In this document: in pieces, positions 49,272 through 61,994 of the stretch
Numbering within the stretch: the stretch's first letter is position 1
Layout of the letters: each line of letters starts with the position of its first letter
NCBI GenBank assembly: GCA_020137815.1
Contig: CM035351.1
Span: 1,302,001 to 1,366,000 of the forward strand
Reading direction: 5' to 3'
From: Hormiphora californensis
Lineage: Eukaryota; Animalia; Ctenophora
DNA: 64,000 nt
Translations under genes and position numbers: made by a program
Notes under the pieces: generated by a model
What the model saw: the letters and a program-made list of their open reading frames with translations, nothing else
What the model was told of the DNA's origin: nothing
Database searches by the model: none

Positions 49272-50420
49272 TAAGAGTGGCTGTACAGTTCACCACTCCT
49301 GGTATACCCCGCAGGTCCTTGACGACTTAAAAAACAGGCAGGAAACACGGAAATTTGCTCAAAATCCGCTGATTTACTGAAATTTTGAATTTTGAATTTC
49401 AGCCTCGGCGGCGCAATATTGGTATTTTTCGCGCGTTACGTTAATTTGCGCGACATTATGCGCTGCCCAGTGCAGTGCGGCCTGCCTGAAAGTTCAAAAA
49501 TTGTGCCAACTTTTCATTTTCTTGAAAAGCGCTGCCTTATCCCGCGCTATCGGGGGCCAGTTGGAATGCGCTGCAGCCCCCTCATGCGCGCACCCCCGCA
49601 ACGAGGGGACTGGAGGGAATGCCGCGCGCGCGTTTGGCCTGATCCCGGCTGGGTCGAAGATAACTTTGCGGTCGAAAAAACGGCGGTGCTTATAACTTTG
49701 GCTCCTGAAGTCCGTTTGACTTGATTCTTTCACCAGTTGTTAGATCTGACGATTATCTACCTTGCTGTTTTTGAGAGAAGTTAATTGGACTTAAGGAGGC
49801 TGAGCAATAGCCGTTGAAAGATGGGTTGTTTTCAAAAAGTGACGTCACAGATTCTTGCAGGGACACCTTTTTTAAAATTTCATTCAAATTTTGATTTTAC
49901 CGCACTCGATTTTGCGGAGTTTGGTTCATATCTCCTGTTCCTGATAAGATAGAGACCTGAAACCGGTTGCATTTGAAAGCTGTTATCATCCTCTTTCCAA
50001 CGCTACCAAAACGATTTCTGTACCTTATCTGGAACCGGAGATATGATTGATTATGTATTCCCCCCTAGCGCGGTATTCCCTCCAGGCCCCTTATATTATA
50101 TTATAAGGGGCCTGCAACGTATGCCAAGGGGGCCAGCAACGTTTGCCAATTCATTTTCAAAAAACGGAACCGATCTCTCTGAACAGCGTTGAAAAGCGCT
50201 GCCTTATCCCTATCGGGGGCTAGCAGCGTTTGCCAATGAAAAGCGCTGCCTTATCCCGCCAGCTGCGTTTGCCAACCGATCTCTTCGCCTTTGCTTGAAA
50301 AGCGCTGCCTTATCCCGCGTTTGCCAACGCGTTTGCCACAGTCTCGTAAGCCGTACGCGTACTCCTCGTCAGTGGGGCCTGTAGCGTATGCCAACCGAAG
50401 AGCCAGTCAATGGTGAAAAG
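49272..50420. repeat. GC-rich repeat-containing region, probably a DNA-transposon remnant
   Basis: GAAAAGCGCTGCCTTATCCC four times (~49524, 50191, 50239, 50297); repeated GCGTTTGCCAA; hairpin CAGGCCCCTTATA..TATAAGGGGCCTG at ~50082-50114. Confidence 0.4.
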
Positions 50421-50804
50421 CGTTAAAATTCGGGTGACTCGAGGCACTAACATTTTCATCGAATTTGTTGGTCGAGACGAGTCAGCCGTGAGGTTTGCCC
50501 GTTAGGGTCTAGATAGCCTAATAGAGCTATGTTTGGATTTATCGGTTGATTCTATCAGTCATCTATCGGATATAATTTAATGAGGAAGTTTTATTTTCTC
50601 CTTCTGGCTGATCAAAATTAGTAGGCGGGGTTTTTAATTTTTGTTGTAGAAGTTCAAGTTCAAGTTCAATTATATTTTTACACAATACATAAAACGTGAT
50701 GAAATTCCCATCGCGTGGGTCCTCCTTGTCAAATTGTTTATTTACAGTCCCTTACTTAACATAAAAACATAAACAGCATGAGCAGCAAAACAACATTTAC
50801 AGCC

Positions 50805-53789
50805 TCACACAACGTTCTTTCTTCCTGCCTCTCTGAAATCATTTGGGACCGTCGTGTAGCCACGCACCGGTGGTCTGTCATGGAATTGCTTCATGAATGC
50901 ACCCAACTTAGCCTTTAACCCAGGAAGTGTGCCTGAAAGAGTAACCTCTCGAGGGAGTCTGTTCCATAGTTGAGGTGCCCTGAAGCTGAACGAGTTGTAC
51001 AACTGACCTGCCCATTTGGAATCTGCCCAGTAAGGGTATTTCTGTGTCTTTGCCTGGACTCCTAACCGGCCAATCTGGAACTCCATTTGCACACAGTTGG
51101 GTACTAGCCCGTGATAGATTTTCCAAACGTGTATCATCTCATATCGTTGACGTCTTCTCTGGAGGGACATGAGATCCAGCGCCTCTAGACGCTGCCAATA
51201 GTCCAGCTCCTTCATCCCTTGGATCTTCCGGGTAAATGCCCGTTGGACGTTCTCTACTGCCTGGATGTCAGCGATTCTCGTTGGATACCACACCAGACAG
51301 CAGTATTCCAAAATGGGTCGAACCAACGCCTTATATAGGGTTAGCAGTACCTCACGGGATCTACTCCTGAATGCACAGAATATCCATCCTGCCATCATGT
51401 TAGCTCTCCTCACAATATCACCAATGTGATGAGTCCACGTACCATCCGCCGAAAGCCAAACGCCCAAATCTTTCACATGCTGCTCTGGCTCCACCACAGT
51501 CCCTCCCGAAGTAACATAGGATAAGGTTTCTGCAGCGAAAGGCAGCTCTCTCAGGAGTTTAGATCTGCCTAGCGAGTAGTTTACCAGTTGAAATTTTTCC
51601 TCGTGAAGTCTCATATTATTAGTCAGAGACCACTGACTCACATTTCCCAAGTCCTTCTGGAGTTCTGCCTGGTCTAGCAATGTCCGTACTACCTGTATGA
51701 GCTTCGTGTCGTCTGCAAACGACAAAGCGTCAGCACTTGACAAAGACTCCTTCAAGTCGATTACGTAAAAGATGAACAAAATAGGGCCCAGCACGCTTCC
51801 CTGGATCACACTACTTAGGACCCACTCCCACCGCGACTGCTCCCCATCCACTAGCACTGCTTGCTTCCTATTTGTTAGGAATTCCTTGATCCAGGCAAGT
51901 AGCTTTCCTCGTACACCATATTTTTGTAGTTTTCTCAGTAGGACCCCAGTATCAACACGGTCAAACGCTTTCTGGAAGTCCAGATATAGCACATCAACTT
52001 CGTTGTTATCCGTTAGATGTTTGAGAACCCTGTCAATGTGTGCAAGCAGATGAGTCATTGTACTTCTCCCTTTTCTGAACCCATGTTGACCGTTACAATG
52101 TAGTTCTGCCCTCTCAAGGAACTCAGTCAGATGATTCCTGATAATTCTCTCAAATGTTTTCGAAAGATGAGACGTCAGTGATACTGGCCTATAGTTCCCT
52201 GGTGCTGAACGATCACCTTTCTTGAAAATGGGGCAGATGAACTGCTCCTTCATAACGGGTGGTATTGTACCAGATTCAAACGAGGACTACCATATAATCC
52301 AGATGGGATAGGACAAGGTTCGACGGCAGTTCTTCAAGACTATGGACGGTATGTCACCAGGAGGGGCCGCTGAATTCGGTTTCAGTTCCTTTAGTGCCTG
52401 TTCAATGTCCGCCTTCGTGAAGCTGATATCGCTTATTTCCGCTTCATTTTCCTCAATGTTCTCCACTGCCTTTTCCGGGTCCACATCCAGTGGGTTGCTA
52501 AACACTCTAACATACTGACTCTGTAGGAGTTCTGCTTTCTCCTTCGAGTTCGTGGTAAGCGAACCATCCTGCCTCTGGAGTGGAGCCACCGCTGATTTGA
52601 CCTTGGATAGAGATTTAGCATGACTGTAGAAGAATTTAGGGTTCACTTTGATTGCGGAAGCAGCTCGTACTTCATCCCCCTGCTCCTTTTCTTTTACATG
52701 AGCTTTGACGGCGAGCGTTATTTTCCCGGCCAACTCCTCAATTTTGAGCTTCGTCGTGCCTTTTGCGTTTACCATTCTCTTGTTCAACTTTCTTCTCCTG
52801 CTACGAAGGTGCCGGAGTGTTTTGTCCTTCCGTTTACTTTTCCAACGTTTCAGCTCAGTGAAGATCTTACAGACCTGGAGGACCGTAAGTCTCACTACCT
52901 CTAAGAAGCTACCATCGGGGTCTTCCATTTCTGTACACAGTAGTTGAAGCTGATCCCAGTCCACCTCGTCAAAGGCAGAGTTTAGCCTATCAAAGTCAGC
53001 TTTTAAAAGATTAAGTTCCGCAAAGTCTGACATAACACGATCGTCCCTGGGAGTCTTCGCCGTGCAATTGTAGGTCAGGGTACATGTAACCATCTCATGA
53101 TCAGAAATCCCGAGGTCCTCACCCCTAGTTGAAAGGACATAATCGGGACGGTTGGTTAGCACCAGATCTAAGACGTTCTCTCCTCTGGTAGGAAAATTGA
53201 CCATTTGGCTGAGAGAATTATCATCTACCAAGTTACCCATAATATTGTACAAGGGATGGTCAATAGTTTCATACAACCCTCCTCTCCATTTCAGGAGTGG
53301 GAGATTAAAATCACCCATCAACCACAGGTCCGGAACTGTTTTTTCCCGGCTATGAGTATCAATAAACGTCTGCAGTTTTTTCACCAGTCTCTGAAAAGCT
53401 GTTGCATCTGTACCAGCTCGATATATAACTGCCACTATTGAGTGGGTGTTGCCCATATAGACGGCTGCCAGGTTGTTACTTGTGTCCGAATACTCCACTT
53501 GATCTGATATAGCGAGGCTAGAGTGGACATACAGGGCACATCCTCCTCCTATCCTGCCCTGCCTATCGCATCTCACCAGGTTATATCCGGAAATCTTCAG
53601 CTGGGCCTCCGCCATATACCCTCTCCACCAGGTTTCCGTTATGCCCAGGAAAGCCACAGGAGTGGTCTCGTCGTCCACCATGTCTCGTACCACCTCAAGT
53701 TTCCAGGTAGTCTCCGCGGATGGACAAAAACTCCTGGCATTTAGGAGGTGAAACTTTGAAGTATGGGGTGTATTCCTGCTGTTCCCCAA
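50805..53789 (-). pseudogene. LINE ORF2 (APE endonuclease + reverse transcriptase) with one in-frame TAG at 52287-52289
   Basis: EN: LNARS, ITETW, GDFN, LDLVL, SDH; RT: NYRPVSLTS, QHGFR, LDFQKAFD, QGSVLGP, FADD; the two ORFs are in the same frame (IWIIW*SSFESGTIPPVMKEQ). Confidence 0.9.
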
Positions 53790-54637
53790 GTTGTTTTCAT
53801 ACTTCCTCCCCCTAGCGGATCCACCACCTGAGTCTTGAACTCCAGTAACTGTAGGACCACCGATTGCTGTATTTCTGCCTTCATGACCTCCAGTGCTTTC
53901 AGTAAAAAATCCTTTGTTAGGGGCTCTTCCCTCTTCACTTCTGGTTTCTCTTTACGAGGTTCGGCATTTATCTTTTCCAGTGTCTCCAGGAGAAACTCCT
54001 TAGTTACTGGTCCTCCAACTTTTTCTGTCTCCAGCATTTTCCTCTGCCGCTTAGCTCTAAACGCCGTGTCTGCTGTGTCTCCTACCTGAGCAGAGGGTTT
54101 CCATGCCGTTGTCCGCTTTGACCCTTCTGGTTTCCAGGGGTTCTGGGGTTCCTCTCTTGTCCTACTAGTGTGCAATAGGTGTGTCATTCTACACTGGTTG
54201 TCGTAGCACGCCCTTCTTGCATCGGAACCCTTACACAGGGGTGGATGATGAAACTTGCACTGTGCTCCCTTGATGCAGCCATAACGTTTGGAACCTCCAT
54301 AGTTGCAGAATCTCTTGCAAAGTACCGGGTGAAGTTTTGGGCATGATTTTCCGTTCACCAATTGATCTCCTTTTCTGCCGTGTCTGCAATTTTTGTTTAG
54401 AAAGTAACTGCATACATTTCCGGAGTTTATGTCCAATGTTTTGTCCCCATCCTCTGTACCTTTCTTACTCGTATCTTCTTTTTTCTCTGCCGCCTTGTTG
54501 TCGTCAGCGTCGACCTTCTCGTCACCATCCTTCTCGGTGCCGACTGTCTTCTTATCCTCCGTCTCATTCGGGTCTTGGTTCTGCTCCTCCCTGTCAGTAT
54601 TTTCCTCATTTTTCTTCCAGCAGCAAAAGCATAACCA

Positions 54638-57600
54638 ATGGGGGTGCTATTTGGGGGAGATTTTTTTTTGCAACAGATATCCCAAAAGTTAAGACGGATT
54701 CTGGTAGAGTAGGCCCTAATTAGCAAATGTACGAAAGGGGAAGGTCTAGATCTTTGTGATCTTTGTGTTCAGGGGGTTTTTGTAGATAAGAAAAAGTTTA
54801 GAACTTATCCCCTAAAAACGACTGTTCCCGATATCGTATAGCTCTAAAACTTTGCAGATCGGCTTTATATGATAAAATACAAAGTTGGTAAAAATTTCAG
54901 ACCTTTAGCTCAAAATTCATTTTCATGACCGGAATGAACTTTGTTCATTCTCTCAATCAGGAGTCCATTTGACTTCAGAATTTTATTAGAAATGTTTGGC
55001 AATCGATTATCTGCAAAATGCGACCAACGAGAGCCAAAACGGACCACCACAAGACACGCGGTGATCTGATCTCCAAAGTCGGTCAGGACATTCATAATCC
55101 TTGCCAAATATGACCTAGTTTTGCACGGTTGCCGACATCGGATAGGTCTAAAATTTAGCACAGTGGCTCTAAACAATGTGTAGATGAGATTAGCAAAGTT
55201 TCAGGCTTAAAGCTCAAAATTCATTTTTATGACTGGAATGAACTTTGTTCATTCTCTCAATCAGGAGGTCATTTGACTCCAGAATTTCAATAAATGTGTT
55301 TGGCAATCAATAAACTGCCAAATGGGATCGGATCACATTGGAGAATCTGACCCAGCACCCGATGGATCAGATCACATTATAGAAATCTGGTCCACCACCC
55401 ATGGATCAGATCACATAACATGTATCTTATCCATCACCCCATGGATCAGATCATATTTTAGGGATCTGGTCCGCCAACCCATGGATCAGATCACATTATA
55501 AGGATCTGGTCCACTACCCATGGATCAGATCACATTTTAGGGATTTAATTCACCACCCATGGATCAGATCACATTTTAGGGATCTAGTCCGCCAACCCAT
55601 GGATCAGATCACATTATAAGGATCAAATTAAAGGGAGCTGATCCACCACCCAATGGATCTGATCTCATTTTAGGGATCTGATCTACCACCCATGGATCAG
55701 ATCACATTATAGGGATCTGGTCCACCAACCCATGGATCAGATCACATAATAGGGATATTATCCATCACCCCATCGATCAGATCACATTTTAGGGATCTGA
55801 TCTACCACCCATGGATCAGATCACATTATAGATATCTGATCCACCACCATATGGATCAGATCATATTATAGGGATCTGGTCCACCAACCCATGGATCAGA
55901 TCACATAATAAGGATCTTATCCATCACCCCATCGATCATATCACATTTTAGGGATCTGGTCAGCCAACCCATGGATCAGATCACATTATAAGGATCTGGT
56001 CCACCACCCATGGATCAGATCACAGTTTAGGGATTTAATTCACCACCCATGGATCAGATCACATTTTAGGGATCTGGTCCGCCAACCCATGGATCAGATC
56101 ACATTATAAGGATCTGGTCCACCACCCATGGATCAGATCACATTTTAGGGATCTGATCTACCACCCATGGATCAGATCACATTATAGGGATCTGGTCCAC
56201 CAACCCATGGATCAGATCACATAATAGGGATATTATCCATCACCCCATCGATCAGATCACATTTTAGGGATCTGATCTACCACCCATGGATCAGATCACA
56301 TTATAGATATCTGATCCACCACCATATGGATCAGATCATATTATAGGGATCTGGTCCACCAACCCATGGATCAGATCACATAATAAGGATCTTATCCATC
56401 ACCCCATCGATCATATCACATTTTAGGGATCTGGTCAGCCAACCCATGGATCAGATCACATTATAAGGATCTGGTCCACCACCCATGGATCAGATCACAT
56501 TTTAGGGATTTAATTCACCACCCATGGATCAGATCACATTTTAGGGATCTGGTCCGCCAACCCATGGATCAGATCACATTATAAGGATCTGGTCCACCAC
56601 CCATGGATCAGATCACATTTTAGGGATCTGATCTACCACCCATGGATCAGATCACATTATAGGGATCTGGTCCACCAACCCATGGATCAGATCACATAAT
56701 AGGGATATTATCCATCACCCCATCGATCAGATCACATTTTAGGGATCTGATCTACCACCCATGGATCAGATCACATTATAGATATCTGATCCACCACCCT
56801 ATGGATCAGATCATATTATAGGGATCTGGTCCACCAACCCATGGATCAGATCACATAATAAGGATCTTATCCATCACCCCATCGATCAGATCACATTTTA
56901 GGGATCTGGTCCGCCAACCCATGGATCAGATCACATTAGAAGGATCTGGTCCACCACCCATGGATCAGATCACATTTTAGGGATTTAATTCACCACCCAT
57001 GGATCAGATCACATTTTATGGATCTGGTCCGCCAACCCATGGATCAGATCACATTATAAGGATCTGGTCCACCACCCATAGATCAGATCACATTTTAGGG
57101 ATCTTATACACCAACCCATGGATCAGATCTCATAACAGGTATCTTATCCATCACCCCATGGATCAGATCAAATTAAAGGGAGCTGATCCACCACCCCATG
57201 GATCAGATCTCATTTTAGGGATCTGATCTACCACCCATGGATCAGATCACATTATAGATATCTGATCCACCACCCCATGGATCAGATCATATTATAGGGA
57301 TCTGGTCCACTAACTCATGGATTAGATCACATATCAGGGATCTTATCCATCACCCATAGATCAGATCACATTTTAGGGATCTGATCCACTACCCCATGGA
57401 TCAGATCACATTTTAGGGATCTAGTCCGCCAACCCATGGATCAGATCACATTATAATGATCTGGTCCCCCACCCATGGATAAGATCACATTTTAGGGATC
57501 TGATCCACTACCCCATGGATCAGATCACATTTTAGGGATCTGGTCCACCAACCCATGGATCAGATCATATAATAAGTATCTTATTCATCACCCCATGGAT

Positions 57601-59105
57601 CAGATCCCTATAATATGATCTGATCCATGGGGTGGTGGATCAGATATCTTTAATGTGATCTGATTCATGGGTGGTAGAACAGATCCCTAAAATGAGATCT
57701 GATCCATGAGTTCGTGGATCATATCCCTATAATGTGATCTGATCCGTGGTAGATCAGATCCCTAACATGATATCTGATCTATGGGTTGGTGGATAAGATC
57801 CCTAAATCTGATCTGATCCATGGGTGGTGGACCAGATCCCTAAAATGTGATCTGACCCATGGGGTGATGGGGGTGTTATGTGATCTGATCCATGGGTGGT
57901 GAATCAAATCCCTATAATGTGATCTGATCAATGGGTAGTGGACCAGATCCTTATAATGTGATCTGATCCATAGGTTGGTGGATAAGATGCCTAAAATGTG
58001 ATCTGATCCATGGGGTGATGGATAAGATCCCTGTTATGTGATCTGATCCATGGGTTGGTGGACCAGATCCCTATAATATGATCTGATCCATGGGGTGGTG
58101 GATCAGATATCTATAATGTGATCTGATCCATGGGTGGTAGATCAGATCCCTAAAATGAGATCTGATCCATGGGGTGGTGGATCAGCTCTCTTTAATTTGA
58201 TCTGATCCATGGGGTGATGGATAAGATACCTGTTATGTGATCTGATCCATGGGTTGGTGGATAAGATCCCTGTTATGTGATCTGATCCATGGATTGGTGC
58301 ACCAGATCCCTAAAATGTGATCTGACCCATGGGTGGTGGACCAGATCCTTATAATGTGATCTGATCCATGGGCTGGTTGACCAGATTTCTATAATGTGAT
58401 CTGATCCATCGGGTGCTGGGTCAGATTCTCCAATGTGATCCGATCCCATTTGGCAGTTTATTGATTGCCAAACACATTTATTGAAATTCTGGAGTCAAAT
58501 GACCTCCTGATTGAGATAATGAACAAAGTTCATTCCAGTCATAAAAATGAATTTTGAGCTTTAAGCCTGAAACTTTGCTAATCTCATCTACACATTGTTT
58601 TAGACCTATCCGATGTCGGCAACCGTGCAAAACTAGGTCATATTTGGCAAGGATTATGAATGTCCTGACCGACTTTGGAGATCAGATCACCGCGTGTCTT
58701 GTGGTGGTCCGTTTTGGCTCTCGTTGGTCGCATTTTGCAGATAATCGATTGCCAAACATTTCTAATAAAATTCTGAAGTCAAATGGACTCCTGATTGAGA
58801 GAATGAACAAAGTTCATTCCGGTCATGAAAATGAATTTTGAGCTAAAGGTCTGAAATTTTTACCAACTTTGTATTTTATCATATAAAGCCGATCTGCAAA
58901 GTTTTAGAGCTCTACGATATCGGGAACAGTCGTTTTTAGGGGATAAGTTCTAAACTTTTTCTTATCTACAAAAACCCCCTGAACACAAAGATCACAAAGA
59001 TCTAGACCTTCCCCTTTCGTACACTTGCTAATTAGGGCCTACTCTACCAGAATCTGTCTTAACTTTTGGGATTTCAGTGATACAAATTTCAAATTGCACC
59101 CCCTA
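54638..59105. mobile_element. 4.5-kb foldback element: long inverted arms plus an internal inverted ~40-bp satellite; 7-bp TSD
   Basis: ATAACCA at 54631-54637 and 59106-59112; GGGGGTGC(T/A)ATTTG termini; arms ~54680-55400 versus ~58370-59072 nearly identical; no coding capacity. Confidence 0.88.
55330..58442. repeat. 39-40-bp tandem satellite (CCATGGATCAGATCACATTTTAGGGATCTGGTCCACCAC) with an orientation switch at ~57600 and a 475-bp higher-order repeat
   Basis: Direct; variant AGGGATATTATCC recurs at 55751, 56226 and 56701. Confidence 0.93.
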
Positions 59106-60082
59106 ATAACCATACAGACCCAAGCCTGCTTCCCTCTACTGAGAACTTACATGCGTGTGCCCCTTGCCCACACAGAAAGCACCTCAATATGGGTTTTTTC
59201 CCAAGTTCGATCCTGTATTTTTCACCGCAGTCTTGACAGTCAATGGGAAACAACGTTTCTATCTGGAGAACTATCTTGTCCGCCAGCTCTCGCTTGTCTC
59301 GAGATTTCCCGTCCCGTCCCACTAGCGGTACTCCCAGAACCTTACATACCGGTTTCAGTTCATCGTTAGTTTTAACTTTCATCCGGCTAACGTTTTCCTC
59401 GTGGCTATCATCAAACTCGTAAACTTCGACAGCTTTCGCACCCTTGGCACCAGCCGCTGTCCTCAAGTTCGCCAACACTGTCTCCACTATTCCTGCATCA
59501 TCGGACATAGCTGCAAATGATTTGAGGGGGGGTGCCGCCTCAAATTAATTTGTTTAAAGTAGTGTTGAAAAGTTTGAAAGTTTGAAACGCGTTCTTCTAG
59601 TTTCTACAATAAAACCCCGGCTACTAAAACTAAACATCCTCATTGATATGCGGCTAATAAACAATCAACCGAGCCTTATTCTCGGATACCATTTAGTTTA
59701 CTCGAATTGACCTTGCAGTTGCGTGGCTATGCTGTTTGAAAAAGACTGTCTAATTGTACCCTATTTGGGGCTTTTTGGCCAGATCACATGCTACTGCTAT
59801 ACATATGCTATTACATATTGTATTCTTGAACTGTTTTCTATAAATGTTTGAGGCGGGAAACTCAGGCGGTATGGCACCATATCGCAATTACTATTGTTGA
59901 TATCAAGGTTCCCCATTTACAAACAGTATCTCATTAACATCTGGGTATCTCTGTTGACTATTATGGAAATTGAAAATTTGCTGACTGTTTTTGCAGAATC
60001 TGCAGAAATTACGGCGCCTGCAGACTGCAGCTACAACATAACACACCGTCATTATAACATCCATTATCTCAGATATAGCACA

Positions 60083-61044
60083 ATGGCGAGTACAGAGGCA
60101 ATGGAGGAGGTCCGTGAGTGGTTATCCAAGTTTTGTTCAGAGCACCCTGCAACATATGAGAGGGAGGAGAACCCTTTTAAAGTGATAGCATACTACGTTG
60201 CTAATAACGAGATACAGGGTGCATGTATGGATTGGGCAGCGTCATATCTCAGACAATTGTAAGTCCTTCACACTCCGACATTCATGATACAATTGTAAGT
60301 GTTATTATTGTCCTGCACACTCTGACATTCAGGGACCATCATGGTGGAATGTGGATATATCATATTTCATTATTTCTCCAGCGATTTATTCATTTACCCG
60401 CCCTCTCTTAGGGAGTGCCCCCAGGAGTTCCTGCTCGTCCTCTCTTATCACATTGCAAAAGAGGTTGAGTTATTGGATGCGTCCCAGAATTTCACCCAAC
60501 ACGACACTGGCCAGGGGACCCAAACAGTGGCTCTGGATATAGCTCGCTGTGTGTTTGATAAGGTTCACCAGGTATGTGCTGGCCAGTGGCCTTGATATAT
60601 TCTAACCCTCCTTACGTAAGGTAATTACCAAGGTGAACCAGGGTCGAGCAAGGCAATGTTGACAGTTGATGATGTATCTCCCGATCCTTTTTTGTCTAAT
60701 GTCTGGTTCAGTGTGTCTTAGCATGTATCCACCTCATGTATGGAGATTGGAGAATGACCCTGCTGTTCGCACGATGTTGTGATAATCACACTGATTGTAT
60801 GTAGGTGGGAATGGGAGAGAGAGAGGAGAGACAGACACAGAGAGAGGGGATAGATCTAGTGGTATTAGAGAGACAGCATGGTTAATAATGCATTATGTGT
60901 GCAGGTGAGAGAGATATCACTCTCTCATATGAAGCTGCTGCGCTGCAGATTAGCAATGATCAGCTTGTAATGTGGTATTCCTGCATTGCTGAGGATCTGG
61001 ACTTATGTTACTGTGATCTCTCTGTTTCTCTCTCTCTCTCTCTC

Positions 61045-61082
<38 letters not shown>

Positions 61083-61918
61083 ACAAACACACCCTCCCCT
61101 CCCCTCTCTCCCTCTCTTTGTCAGGTGTGTAATCGATGGCATAGTGCACCTGAGCTTCCCTACTTTGTGTGCGAGTACATGCTGAACGATAATAAACTGT
61201 TTTCTGGAGCCTGCTCCGATAGAAACAGAAGAAGGAAGATGGAGGACCGACACATTTGTGTGTCAAACCTGAATAACCTTCTGCAACTAGAGGTAAGGAA
61301 TAGTAATTAATTAGTTTCATTAATATCATAGGGCATCTATAGGTTAGGTATGTCAGTATGTTAGAATTCATATCAGGTACCGAAAATAATGCTTTCTGCA
61401 TATTTATTAAAGAATTGTCGGGAACTGATCTTATTGCATTCCCGGGGTATTTGCCAACTATTGTTTATTAGTGTATATCACACCACATTAATACACTAAT
61501 TCTTCGTGTTGTCAACGTGCTCTCATACAGTAATCTGCAAAAAGATCGTTCCACTGTCTCTCTCCAGTTTTTTGGCATGCCTCTCTCTCTTCTATCTTGC
61601 TTCTTCCCGAGGGAATATATGTTGTAGGAATGTCTGCAGATTTCTGAGTGCTCTTGGCGTCATTGGTCACATCATGCACACAGGTCTAGGGGTGATTCAC
61701 TATGTAATTGGTGGCAGCACATATGGCACTTGTTATTGATGTAACCGCATCAAACAAGGTGAGATAGAGAGATGCAGGAGCAGAGAGAGAGAGAGAGAGG
61801 AATGAAGGGTGAAATAAAAAGAGAGAAATGTTGTTCGTCACAGGAGGTATTTGACGTACCACTGCATATAATTAGAACAATTTGACAGTCACGTGACATA
61901 TTACGATCCATCCAAACC

Positions 61919-61994
<76 letters not shown>

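Larger units (their letters stand above)
53741..59508 (-). pseudogene. LINE ORF1 (PHD-like finger, acidic linker, tandem CCCH fingers), split by an insertion
   Basis: 59508-59106 (..CQDC..CFLCGQGAH..GSVWL) joins in frame to 54630-53741 (CFCCWKKNEE..VCSYFLNKNCRHG..CPKLHP..CKFHHP), giving about 430 aa. Confidence 0.85.
50650..59700 (-). mobile_element. Near-full-length non-LTR retrotransposon (CR1/L2 group) interrupted by a nested foldback element; 5' end approximate
   Basis: ORF1 (PHD + CCCH), overlapping ORF2 (APE endonuclease + RT), 3' UTR and (TTGAAC)n tail at 50650-50669. Confidence 0.9.

Noticed and set aside
55330-58442. CRISPR or coding repeat in the 40-bp array
   Set aside because: Plain tandem monomers without unique spacers; the short ORFs are incidental.
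54910-58841. Paired 88/95-aa ORFs in the foldback arms
   Set aside because: Identical only because the arms are inverted repeats; no transposase motifs.
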